A DNA stretch of 57,700 nt from an uncultured bacterium (lineage in GTDB: Bacteria > Patescibacteriota > Saccharimonadia > Saccharimonadales > OFTM59): contig CBKXXB010000003.1 in assembly GCA_966685145.1 (NCBI GenBank), positions 1-57,700 on the forward strand. The letters run 5' to 3'. Below, in pieces: positions 1 to 8,276 of this stretch; the first letter of the stretch is position 1; each line of letters begins with the position of its first letter. The notes under the pieces are model-generated. The model had not been told where the DNA came from. It saw nothing but the letters and a program-made list of their open reading frames with translations, and did no database searches. Both the position numbers and the translations under genes were made by a program.

Positions 1-713
1 GCCATACCTTTAGCTCGCAGCTGGAATGTTACATCTCTGATAAACTCAACATCTTCTTTGGGTAGAGCTACCTTGCCCGTCTCTATCTCCAAACCGCTTT
101 CATCCTGGACTACAGGCAGACTAAGCTCACTTAAGGCCATTACCCTTTCTGCTTCTACAACTGCCCTTCCCTGTTCATCAACAACAAACGCCTTATACTG
201 ACTGGAAGCCATGATTAGTGCGGGCGCTGCCGGTTGAATTTCAAATACCAATCGATGACTAGCTACAGGTACGATAATGACAACGTCAGACAGCTCAGGA
301 AACCTGGAGCGGAGCTCGCGTGCTATCGCAGGCGTGTCTACAGTCAGCTTGAATCTATTTAGTGGTGACCCGCTTAGAATTTCTTTACCTGCTTCTTCAT
401 AGACATTTATATCTTGTAGTAAGGTAGGGGCCTGTCCCTCAGAAACGATTTCTACGCGAGGATTAGTATCAACCCACAGTAAATAAGATAGACTGCCTAC
501 AATAACGCCAGTGGCGATAAGTGCCGGCAACCCTTGCCAAGAAAACAGACGTCGAAGCCAACCGTGATGGTGTTGCTCATTATAGATTTGTTGTCCGCGC
601 CCTGTTTTCTGCTCGGTCCTGGAGCGACTGGTATAGTAGGAAAAAACATTGGCCGAGCCCGAAGGATTGGGCTTGCGAAAGTCATCCTGTGATTTTCGCT
701 TGAATAGTCTCAT
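1..713 (-). CDS. ftsQ: FtsQ/DivIB-type cell division protein (partial, runs off window start)
   Basis: Not in the ORF track. ATG at 713 overlaps the murG stop (ATGA). Hand translation: MRLFKRK..., one TM helix (LPALIATGVIVGSLSYLLW), then a POTRA-like segment (IARELRSRFPELSDVVI...VVDEQG). Sits after murG. Confidence 0.7.
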   Translation of the reverse strand, partial: MRLFKRKSQDDFRKPNPSGSANVFSYYTSRSRTEQKTGRGQQIYNEQHHHGWLRRLFSWQGLPALIATGVIVGSLSYLLWVDTNPRVEIVSEGQAPTLLQDINVYEEAGKEILSGSPLNRFKLTVDTPAIARELRSRFPELSDVVIIVPVASHRLVFEIQPAAPALIMASSQYKAFVVDEQGRAVVEAERVMALSELSLPVVQDESGLEIETGKVALPKEDVEFIRDVTFQLRAKGM

Positions 714-1858
714 TTGTGCCGTGCCGCTTCTAGGAGCAACACCGCAAGTTCTCTTGCCGCATTCGGCCGGCTAAGTGCCGAAAGGTTGCTTGCCAATACT
801 TGTCTTTTGCGCGGATCATTTAATAGATCAGTGATAGCGCTGGATAAAAGCTTGGGATTTGTCATAAGCTCGCTTTCGGGAATAACTACTGCGGCATGAT
901 GCTCGTTTAAATGCTCGGCGTTCTTCAGCTGGTGACCCCCTGCCAGAAACGGACTGGGGACAAGAATTACGGGTTTGGCCTGAATGCCCAACTCGGCAAT
1001 GGTGGTAGCGCTGCTTCGCGCTATAACCACATCCGCGGCGGCTGAGGATTCATAAAACTTATCAATGAAGGGCTCAAGTTTAAGCCTGGGATTATGATAG
1101 TCTCCATAAACATTTTCGTTACCACGGCCCACATGATGAATAACATATACGTCAGGATACATTTCCAGCAATCCGGGCATTATTAGCTTAACGGCTGCAT
1201 TTATCCTCTGCGAACCCTGACTGCCGCCCGTAATCAATATAACCCTGGCATCCGCCGGAATGCCAATAGATGTTTTCGCAAGTTTTTGGTCCTCTTCCGT
1301 GACCAGTTTGAAATTAGGTCCTACGGGAATGCCGGTAAAACGAGTTTTCTCGGGCGGATATGGATAAAATTCCGCAGGCATACCTGTGGCATGTAAACGT
1401 GCCCAGCGCCCGATAATTCGATTGGTTAAGCCGGGGATAACATCAGAGTCATGAGTAATATACGGTATTCTGCAAAGCACTGCGGCTAATCCGAGAGGCA
1501 CACCTACAGAGCCTCCCTTAACGAACATTAGATCCGGACGTACCCGCACCATCAACCATAATGCCTGCCAGAAACCTAAAAATACAAAGATTGCATCCCG
1601 CAAATTAAGAAAATTCGTATTAATGTCCAGCAGTCGTTTTAGCCAGGATTCACCGTGATAACGCCTGAATTTGCCAGTAAATATGTAGTGCTTTGTTTCA
1701 AAGTTGGGGTGAGATGAAGTTAAGTCTTTAAACTTGCTCCCCCTATCGCCTACGTAAGTAAGACTAATGTCAGGTTCGAGCGATTTCAGTTCATGGGCGA
1801 CGGCTAACAGCGGCGTAATGTGCCCGCCGGATCCCCCGCCTGTCAGCAGGACCTTCAT
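710..1858 (-). CDS. murG: UDP-GlcNAc:lipid I GlcNAc transferase
   Basis: GGGSGGHITP, HDSD..PG..NR and GGSQGS motifs; dcw context. Confidence 0.97.
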   Translation of the reverse strand: MKVLLTGGGSGGHITPLLAVAHELKSLEPDISLTYVGDRGSKFKDLTSSHPNFETKHYIFTGKFRRYHGESWLKRLLDINTNFLNLRDAIFVFLGFWQALWLMVRVRPDLMFVKGGSVGVPLGLAAVLCRIPYITHDSDVIPGLTNRIIGRWARLHATGMPAEFYPYPPEKTRFTGIPVGPNFKLVTEEDQKLAKTSIGIPADARVILITGGSQGSQRINAAVKLIMPGLLEMYPDVYVIHHVGRGNENVYGDYHNPRLKLEPFIDKFYESSAAADVVIARSSATTIAELGIQAKPVILVPSPFLAGGHQLKNAEHLNEHHAAVVIPESELMTNPKLLSSAITDLLNDPRKRQVLASNLSALSRPNAARELAVLLLEAARHK

Positions 1859-3041
1859 AGCGTCTCCCTTCAGTTAAAGCCATACTGTTTACGCCGTACG
1901 TCGTGTAGCGAGATACGTTGAACGCCAGGCCCATAGCCGCTGTGACAAATATAATACTGGTACCTCCGTAGCTTACAAAAGGCAAAGTTATGCCTTTAAG
2001 CGGCAAAAGTCCTATCATTGCTCCAATATTAATAAGCGCCTGCGTACTTAGCCAAGCCAGAATGCCGGCCACTAAAAGTCTGGCCTCCATATTGGGCGCG
2101 CGTTCCATGATAGATTTAAGCCGTGCGAATAGAGCAAAAAACAAACTGATGAGTATCACCACGCCTAAGAAACCAAACATCTCCGCGAAAACCGCGAAAA
2201 TTGAATCGTTTGCCGATTCGGGTAAGTATCCGTACGCAAACACACCGCGGTTAATACCCTTTCCGAACATGCCTCCCGAACCGATTGCACTAAGTGCTTG
2301 GCATGACTGGTACCCTACGTTTTGACAGTCGCGTTCAGGATTTAAGAAAGTAGCTAGCCGCTCGCGCCTGTAAGCGCTGCCGGATATGGCCAAGATTGTG
2401 CCGAGAGCTATGATAGCACCGAACATAAACACTTTTTTGAGCGGCAAACCGGCTACAAAACACATTGCGCCGACTATAGCCACAGTAACTCCTGCAGATC
2501 CGAGATCGCTCTGCATTACAGCCACTACCAGGCTTATTATTCCAACCACCATAAGAAGGGGCTTGAATGTCTTGTCGAAATAGGCCAAGGTACCTTCTTT
2601 TATGCGCGCGGCCAAGAATCCGGCAAGCCAAATAAGTAGCGCAAGCTTAATGAGCTCAACAGCCTGAAAAGATAACCCCCCGACTTGTATCCATCGGGCA
2701 GCTCCATTCACTTCCTCGCCAAAAAGCTGAACCGCCAAAGCTGCCAAGGTAGCTAAACCAATCAGTGGCTTTTCAAACCGCTTCCATGACATAAGTGGTA
2801 ACTGCGCCGCGATTAAAAAAGTTACGATACCCAGCAGTATGGCGGTGATCTGCTTGGTTGCGTAATAGTTGGTGCCGACACCCTTCTGAGCACTCAACCC
2901 GGGACTGATTGCATACACGACTATTAACCCTACGGTTAATAAGGCGATGCAAAGCAGTACCAGCATATAGTCCGGGCGATGCTTACGCTGCTTAGCCTGG
3001 TCAAGCATCATCGGGCGCCTGGATATCGTTCTGGGTCTCAC
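1791..3041 (-). CDS. ftsW: SEDS family peptidoglycan polymerase FtsW
   Basis: Multi-TM; NGAARWI, QSDLG, YLPESANDSIF and GITLPFVSYGGTS motifs; C-terminal tail overlaps murG by 68 nt. Confidence 0.95.
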   Translation of the reverse strand: MRPRTISRRPMMLDQAKQRKHRPDYMLVLLCIALLTVGLIVVYAISPGLSAQKGVGTNYYATKQITAILLGIVTFLIAAQLPLMSWKRFEKPLIGLATLAALAVQLFGEEVNGAARWIQVGGLSFQAVELIKLALLIWLAGFLAARIKEGTLAYFDKTFKPLLMVVGIISLVVAVMQSDLGSAGVTVAIVGAMCFVAGLPLKKVFMFGAIIALGTILAISGSAYRRERLATFLNPERDCQNVGYQSCQALSAIGSGGMFGKGINRGVFAYGYLPESANDSIFAVFAEMFGFLGVVILISLFFALFARLKSIMERAPNMEARLLVAGILAWLSTQALINIGAMIGLLPLKGITLPFVSYGGTSIIFVTAAMGLAFNVSRYTTYGVNSMALTEGRRYEGPADRRGIRRAHYAAVSRRP

Positions 3042-4081
3042 AGATTTCCTCCAAGCAAGTAAGCGATGAGACCCAAGACACCGGCGACCTGGCCAATAAC
3101 CCAGAAACGCATAGTGACCTTGGTTTCGGGCCAGCCGCTAGCTTCAAAGTGATGGTGTATAGGCGAAGATTTGAATACTTTTTTGCCGTTTCTGAGCTTC
3201 CTGGATAGTCGGTTGATAATAACCGAGCCGGTTTCGGCTACATAGACGATTCCCACAATCGGCAGCACGTAGAGCGTATCGGTTTGCATGGCGATGATAC
3301 CTAGGGCTGTCCCCAGAGCAAACGACCCCACATCCCCCATAAAGAAACGGGCCGGATAAATATTAAACCAGGTGTAGCTAAGCAGCGCGCCTACCGTCGT
3401 TAAACAAAAACCGGCCAATGCGTATTGACCCTGCATGAAACAAATCACCGCATAAGCAGAGAAAGAAGACACCAAAAGACCGCCGGCCAGACCATCGAGA
3501 CCATCGGTTATATTCACGGCATTGGCAGTAGCTACTACGACCAACCAAAACAGCAAGATCACAAATATACCGACTTCAATTTGGCCAAGCCATGGCAAAT
3601 GAATGCTTGATACCTCGAGTTTTGAGAAGAACCACCAACCGCCACCAACCGCCACCATGCTATGTAAAGCAAACTTTATTTTGGCCCGCATGCCAGCAAA
3701 GGGTGTACCCTGCCCTCTTATATTGATCCAGTCATCTATAAAGCCGATCAGGCCGGAGCCGACCATGCCTGCAAGCGGCAGCCAGGTTTCGCTGCGGTCA
3801 AGATTACTGGTAAGTGTTACAATTGCAATAGATATTACAAAGATAACACCGGCCATTGTCGGGATATTGCGCTTGTGCTTTTCGGCATGTAACTTCTTAT
3901 ACACCGAAGCTTCCCCGCCTGACCAAGCTTCGCTGCGTTGCTGCTTCCACCAGCTATAACGATAAGCCACGTTAGTATAGAGTGGGGTAATCGCCATGCT
4001 CATGGCAAAGCTAAAAAATGCCAGGAGCAAGATGCGGATAATAGTGTTTGTTTCGAGTGCTATTGTGAGTATTTCTGACAT
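3038..4081 (-). CDS. mraY: Phospho-MurNAc-pentapeptide transferase
   Basis: PTMAG, IDD, NAVNITDGLDGL, FMGDVGS and PIHHHFE motifs. Confidence 0.97.
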   Translation of the reverse strand: MSEILTIALETNTIIRILLLAFFSFAMSMAITPLYTNVAYRYSWWKQQRSEAWSGGEASVYKKLHAEKHKRNIPTMAGVIFVISIAIVTLTSNLDRSETWLPLAGMVGSGLIGFIDDWINIRGQGTPFAGMRAKIKFALHSMVAVGGGWWFFSKLEVSSIHLPWLGQIEVGIFVILLFWLVVVATANAVNITDGLDGLAGGLLVSSFSAYAVICFMQGQYALAGFCLTTVGALLSYTWFNIYPARFFMGDVGSFALGTALGIIAMQTDTLYVLPIVGIVYVAETGSVIINRLSRKLRNGKKVFKSSPIHHHFEASGWPETKVTMRFWVIGQVAGVLGLIAYLLGGNL

Positions 4082-4103
4082 GATATTTACCTTATATTAT
4101 ACG

Positions 4104-5876
4104 TCAATTCTTAGGTGTTATGCCAAAATTATCTATAAGCGTGTTTACGATGTTCACGAATATTGGCCCCGCTGCTTTAGAACCGGCATAACCGGGGACC
4201 TTCGGTTCATCAACCCGTACTACGATGACATATTCAGGCTCGTTGCCGCCCACAAATCCCATGAACATGCCATTATACCGGTCATCATAATATCCACCCT
4301 CCGGTTTTGGTACCTGGGCCGTACCGGTTTTGCCCCCGATCGAAAACTCGTTTCTTAAGTCTCGCATGCCGTACACGCGATGATTTTTACTGAAAGCGTA
4401 TTCCATAAGTTCCTTTGTGTCCCGACCGGCATCGGTGCTTACCACGTCCGAATGGACGACTTCGGGCTGCTTAATAGTCTCGCCACCCTGCTCGTCCTGC
4501 ACCCGGTCAATAAGGTGCGGCTTATAATAGACGCCACCGTTAACCACACTGCTCAAGGCTGCTGCCATTTGTAAAGGCGTAGCAGTCATACCCTGACCAA
4601 AAGCGGTATTGGCGAATTGAATATTCAAGCCGTAACCTTCAGACGGGTTAGGAATAGAGCCGCCCGCCTCATACCCCTGCTCAATGCCCGTTGGCTTACC
4701 AAATTGATAGTGGTTAGCCATATAGTCATGCCAGGTTGTCCGGGCCTTTTCATTTATTTCACCGCCACCCATTTGCATAAGCAGCCAGGTGGCTCCGGTG
4801 TTAAGCGATAGCTGCAATATGTCTCCCATAGTACGCTGTCCCGAGCCGCCCGACTCTTCGACATTTGTTATGGTAGCTCCATCAACCTTTACATAACCTG
4901 AGTCGTAATATGATGAATCCCGGCTAACCACTCCTTGATCCAAAGCGGCAGCCATGGTTAACGGCTTCATTATGGAGCCCACTTCCAGAGGCGAACTTAC
5001 CACCCCGTTTTCAAACACGCCTATGTCTTTTGAGTCGACATTAAAGAATTCCGCCGGATTATAGGTTGGATAATTTGCCATGGCCTTAATCGCGCCGCTA
5101 CGTACATCCATGATCACAGCGCTACCAAATTCTGACTGAGCTTTTTCAACTCCATCTTTCAAAATGGTTTCCAGTTGCTGCTGCATGCCCAGGTCGATGG
5201 TAAGCACTAATCGTTTGCCGTTTATCGGCTCTTTAACGAGGTTGTCTTTATTTGCTGCCAGCGGTATACCGCGTGCGTCGGTTATGGCTTTAAGCTGGCC
5301 GGGTTGACCTTTAAGCTCTGCGTCCAGTGCTTGCTCGAGCCCGTACTTGCCATTCCCCTCATCGTCAACAAAGCCGAGTAGTTGTGATGCCAGCGTTCCT
5401 TGCGGATAGGTGCGATAAGGCAATTCGCGGGTAAAAATACCTTTAAGCTCGAGTTTCGTAATTGCTTCGTGTTGCTCCTTGCTAAGCTTCTTGGCCAACA
5501 CTTCGTAGCGGCTGCCTGGAATCTTCATGCTTTCTTCATACGTCATTGCGTCTCCGCCAACCACACCCTGCACCGCTTTAGCGGTTGCTACCGGATCCTT
5601 AATTATCAGCGGATCAGCAAATAATGTGTACTTGGTTTCATTCAGTACGATCGGGATCCTTTCATTGCCGTTTTGGACTTCTATAATTCCCCTCTCCGGA
5701 GCTATTTCATACTGCTTTAACTGTTTGCTCAAGGCACTGGATGCGTAGTAGTCATGCTTGATAATTTGCAGATAGAATAGACGCACCAAGAAAATGGCAC
5801 CAACAAGCAAAAGCAGCGCGTACCAGATACGAATGCGCTGCACGGGCGTGAATAAGCTGCTTGTTGGCGGCTGCAT
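4104..5876 (-). CDS. ftsI: Class B penicillin-binding protein (FtsI/PBP3-like)
   Basis: N-terminal TM; RG.I and RTYPQG motifs; SxxK (SIMK), SxN (SLN) and KTG motifs. Confidence 0.93.
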   Translation of the reverse strand: MQPPTSSLFTPVQRIRIWYALLLLVGAIFLVRLFYLQIIKHDYYASSALSKQLKQYEIAPERGIIEVQNGNERIPIVLNETKYTLFADPLIIKDPVATAKAVQGVVGGDAMTYEESMKIPGSRYEVLAKKLSKEQHEAITKLELKGIFTRELPYRTYPQGTLASQLLGFVDDEGNGKYGLEQALDAELKGQPGQLKAITDARGIPLAANKDNLVKEPINGKRLVLTIDLGMQQQLETILKDGVEKAQSEFGSAVIMDVRSGAIKAMANYPTYNPAEFFNVDSKDIGVFENGVVSSPLEVGSIMKPLTMAAALDQGVVSRDSSYYDSGYVKVDGATITNVEESGGSGQRTMGDILQLSLNTGATWLLMQMGGGEINEKARTTWHDYMANHYQFGKPTGIEQGYEAGGSIPNPSEGYGLNIQFANTAFGQGMTATPLQMAAALSSVVNGGVYYKPHLIDRVQDEQGGETIKQPEVVHSDVVSTDAGRDTKELMEYAFSKNHRVYGMRDLRNEFSIGGKTGTAQVPKPEGGYYDDRYNGMFMGFVGGNEPEYVIVVRVDEPKVPGYAGSKAAGPIFVNIVNTLIDNFGITPKN

Positions 5877-5896
5877 AGGCCTACCTTTACATAAGA

Positions 5897-6244
5897 TTAG
5901 TTTTGAACGGTACCGCTTGGGGCAATACTTACCAAATTCTTTGCTACATCGCTGTTCTTGACGCGTTCAAGCGCCTGAAGGCGGGCTGAAGTTACCTGAA
6001 GCTCGTCATGTTCTGCTTGAAGGCTCGTCTGCTCCTCCTCAAGCTCGTTGATTTGATAACCAAGAGCGTTGGTCTTGGTAACCTGAGTAAGATACAAAAG
6101 TCCTAGTAGACATGCAAGCACAATAAGCATAATAGTGTTACTGACTGGCCCCAGTGTCTTCTCGCGAGCCCGAAAGCTCGTGGTGTTTTGGTTGCGATTT
6201 GCGAAGCGTTGGCGCCCCATTGCAAGCGAACTGGAATATGTCAT
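5897..6244 (-). CDS. ftsL: FtsL-like cell division protein
   Basis: Short cytoplasmic N-terminus, one TM, coiled coil; lies between rsmH and ftsI. ATG 6244 is preferred over GTG 6283, which lies inside a hairpin. Confidence 0.75.
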   Translation of the reverse strand: MTYSSSLAMGRQRFANRNQNTTSFRAREKTLGPVSNTIMLIVLACLLGLLYLTQVTKTNALGYQINELEEEQTSLQAEHDELQVTSARLQALERVKNSDVAKNLVSIAPSGTVQN

Positions 6245-6276
6245 ATTTTTTGATTTCGTTTTTATGTTTATTGTTG

Positions 6277-6306
6277 CCTGCACATGAGTTTTACCCCATG
6301 TGCAGG
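6277..6306 (-). other. Perfect 10-bp stem-loop in the ftsL leader
   Basis: CCTGCACATG (6277-6286) / 10-nt loop / CATGTGCAGG (6297-6306); no U-tract follows on the transcribed strand. Confidence 0.6.
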
Positions 6307-6314
6307 ACAGTAAC

Positions 6315-6377
6315 CTACGCCACCACTTTTACGCGGACTTTGTAGGCCCTGGAGAGGCTTTTTACCTGTATGGGCAT
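6315..6377 (-). CDS. Putative 20-aa micro-ORF MPIQVKSLSRAYKVRVKVVA
   Basis: ATG overlaps the rsmH stop (TAATG); SD-like AGGGGAG lies just upstream inside rsmH. Confidence 0.4.
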   Translation of the reverse strand: MPIQVKSLSRAYKVRVKVVA

Positions 6378-7318
6378 TAGTCTCCCCTTTCTATGTTTTT
6401 TATTTTCACGGCGGCCCGCAGTTTTGCGCTGCGGGCTCGCGGATTAGAAACAACTTCTTCATCGTTGCCCGTTACCGGATGTTTGGTTAGTAATCGCAGT
6501 GGTGCATCATATCGGTCGCCGCTACGCTCTGCCAAGGCTTGCTTGACGAGCCGGTCTTCCAAACTATGAAAACTTATCACTGCGAGTCTTCCCCCTACCT
6601 CCAGCAGGTCGATCCATATAGGCAAGCTCGCTTTTAATTGTTCGAGCTCACTGTTAACCGCGATGCGGAGCGCTTGAAACGTCCGTGTCGCCGGATGAAT
6701 CCTGCTGCCTTTCGGCTGGACGCAGGCAACAATGTTGGCAAGTTGTCGAGTTGTAGCAATGGGCCTGTTGGCCACAATTTCACGGGCAATTTTTGCTGCC
6801 CGAGGTTCCTCGCCATAGTTACGGAGAAGAGACACCAAATCAGCTTCACTATAGCTATTAACTATGGTTTCCGCCGTAAGGACCTGCCTCTGGTCCATGC
6901 GCATGTCAAGTGGGCCTTCATGCATAATGCTAAACCCTCTGCTCGCCGTGTTAAGGTGCGGTGACGATACGCCTACGTCAGCCAAAATTGTATCGAATCT
7001 ACTCCCGGACGCCTTCAACTCTCGGCTGGCCGTCAGAAAATCCTGGTGGATTACTTGGACAGGCTGGCCGTCAAATTGTTGTCGCAAAAAGTCAACCGCG
7101 TTTTGGTCGCGATCAACTAGAATTGCTTTTCCCGGTGCTAAGGTTCGTTCCAGCACGACTTCAGCATGTCCGCCGTAACCTGCCGTCAGATCGAGGTATG
7201 ATTCCCCTGCCTTTGGGTCAAGGTACGTCAAGACTTCCTTGAGCAGTACCGGAATGTGTATATTTTGGTGATTTTGGTGCATTTGCTTGCTTTTTTGTTT
7301 TTGTTTTTGCAAGGTCAC
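6377..7318 (-). CDS. rsmH: 16S rRNA m4C1402 methyltransferase RsmH (MraW)
   Basis: HIPVLL, DLTAGYGGH, DVGVSSPHL, PLDMRMD, HPATRTFQALRI and NPRARSAKLR motifs; start is GTG 7318 or ATG 7282. Confidence 0.97.
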   Translation of the reverse strand: MTLQKQKQKSKQMHQNHQNIHIPVLLKEVLTYLDPKAGESYLDLTAGYGGHAEVVLERTLAPGKAILVDRDQNAVDFLRQQFDGQPVQVIHQDFLTASRELKASGSRFDTILADVGVSSPHLNTASRGFSIMHEGPLDMRMDQRQVLTAETIVNSYSEADLVSLLRNYGEEPRAAKIAREIVANRPIATTRQLANIVACVQPKGSRIHPATRTFQALRIAVNSELEQLKASLPIWIDLLEVGGRLAVISFHSLEDRLVKQALAERSGDRYDAPLRLLTKHPVTGNDEEVVSNPRARSAKLRAAVKIKNIERGD

Positions 7319-7347
7319 CTATCCAGCAGCCAACTTTTTGTTTTCAT
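7315..7347 (-). CDS. Putative 10-aa leader peptide MKTKSWLLDR
   Basis: ATG follows an A-rich tract (CAAAAACAAAAACATT); its TGA overlaps the GTG that opens the rsmH frame (GTGA). Confidence 0.3.
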   Translation of the reverse strand: MKTKSWLLDR

Positions 7348-7684
7348 AATGTTTTTGTTTTTGTTTGAACAAGCCGTATGTATAGAAGGTTATGTGAGAG
7401 ATTTGAAAAATCTTCGAACTTCTTACTTCTTGCTCAGTTTGAGAGACTTATGTGTGAGGTGGAGTTTTGGGAGGTGTTTTGGTGTAAGGAACCTAGGTTT
7501 TTTAAGTGGTTACCTACATCCACTTGTTGACTGCCGAATAGCTGACCTCGTATGTATGAGGCACCCTGAAGGGTTTCTCATCGCAGCTTTTGGAATAAAT
7601 CCAATTCGCCTTGTCGGCGAACCGCTGCTGCTCTTCCCCTCATTACTAAGAGCGAAAGGAGCTTTCGGTTTAATTGTTAAGGAG
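7348..7684 (-). ncRNA. Putative structured cis-regulatory RNA or ncRNA between mraZ and rsmH
   Basis: Long intergenic gap in an otherwise compact operon, with at least 7 predicted stems (see findings). Confidence 0.55.
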
Positions 7685-8056
7685 CTAGCTATCCTGACCT
7701 GGTGCCATCAAACGCCAGTAACGTCCGACGCCCACAGCCACGATGTCTCTGGTAATCCCAGCGTAATCCAGAAGGTGCTGTTCAAGGGTCACTCTGCCCT
7801 GCTTTCCGTCCAGCTCGGTTTCGACTTTACCCATACGAAACCGTACGTTCAGGTCGGCAATGCGCTCATCTAAGAGATCGCCTTCTAGCCTTGGCTCTAC
7901 AAGCGTATCCCAGACCTTTTTGGGATACAGATGCAAGTATTTGCCAAACCCCCGGGTTACTACTACGCCGTTCGCAAACTCGTGCCGAAGTTCAGCTGGT
8001 ATTGTCAACCGCCTCTTTTCATCTAGCTTGCGTTCAAAGTAGTCTACCGTGGCCAT
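7685..8056 (-). CDS. mraZ: Transcriptional regulator MraZ
   Basis: Two AbrB-like repeats (LDEKRRLTIP, LDGKQGRVTL); first gene of the dcw cluster. Confidence 0.93.
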   Translation of the reverse strand: MATVDYFERKLDEKRRLTIPAELRHEFANGVVVTRGFGKYLHLYPKKVWDTLVEPRLEGDLLDERIADLNVRFRMGKVETELDGKQGRVTLEQHLLDYAGITRDIVAVGVGRYWRLMAPGQDS

Positions 8057-8118
8057 TTGGTAATAGTTAAATTGCTAGTGGTTTTTTATTTTTGTTCGTT
8101 GGTAACCTAATTTGACGC

Positions 8119-8187
8119 TACCTACGATTACCCACTGACATGAGTGTACTACCCACGCTCACCCACTTGCAAGCACTTTCTACCCAC
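8119..8187 (-). promoter_or_regulatory. dcw promoter with tandem MraZ boxes (GTGGG repeats)
   Basis: GTGGGT at 8130-8135, 8151-8156, 8161-8166 and 8182-8187, plus a degenerate GTAGGT at 8120-8125, spaced about 10 or 21 nt apart; they overlap TTGCAA-18-TACACT. Confidence 0.8.
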
Positions 8188-8208
8188 TTTTCAGAGAATA
8201 CTGTTTAC

Positions 8209-8217
8209 TTATCCACA
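8209..8217 (+). promoter_or_regulatory. Perfect DnaA box TTATCCACA
   Basis: Exact consensus 9-mer about 20 nt upstream of the MraZ boxes. Confidence 0.55.
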
Positions 8218-8225
8218 GTTGGGTT

Positions 8226-8258
8226 AAAAAGAAAAAACCACCACAATATGTGGTGGTT
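8226..8258 (-). terminator. Intrinsic terminator after the LysM gene
   Basis: AACCACCACA/TGTGGTGGTT stem followed by a U-rich run on the minus strand. Confidence 0.7.
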
Positions 8259-8276
8259 CTAGGAATAAGCCTAGCA

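Noticed and set aside
7509-7643. Two chained short minus-strand ORFs (MRGRAAAV..., MRNPSGCL...) inside the structured region
   Set aside because: No SD or A-rich leader, and the codons lie within strong stems; plausible by chance, though not excluded
7348-7684. Identity as RNase P RNA, tmRNA, SRP RNA or a group I/II intron
   Set aside because: No GAGGAAAGUCC, no tRNA-like ends, no SRP helix-8 motif and no intron core motifs seen
7256-7873. 205-aa plus-strand ORF across the mraZ-rsmH gap
   Set aside because: It is antisense to mraZ and rsmH, and its F/L-rich content comes from T-runs mirroring the A-rich leaders; no recognisable domain
8209-8217. Replication origin
   Set aside because: Only one DnaA box, with no box cluster and no dnaA or dnaN nearby
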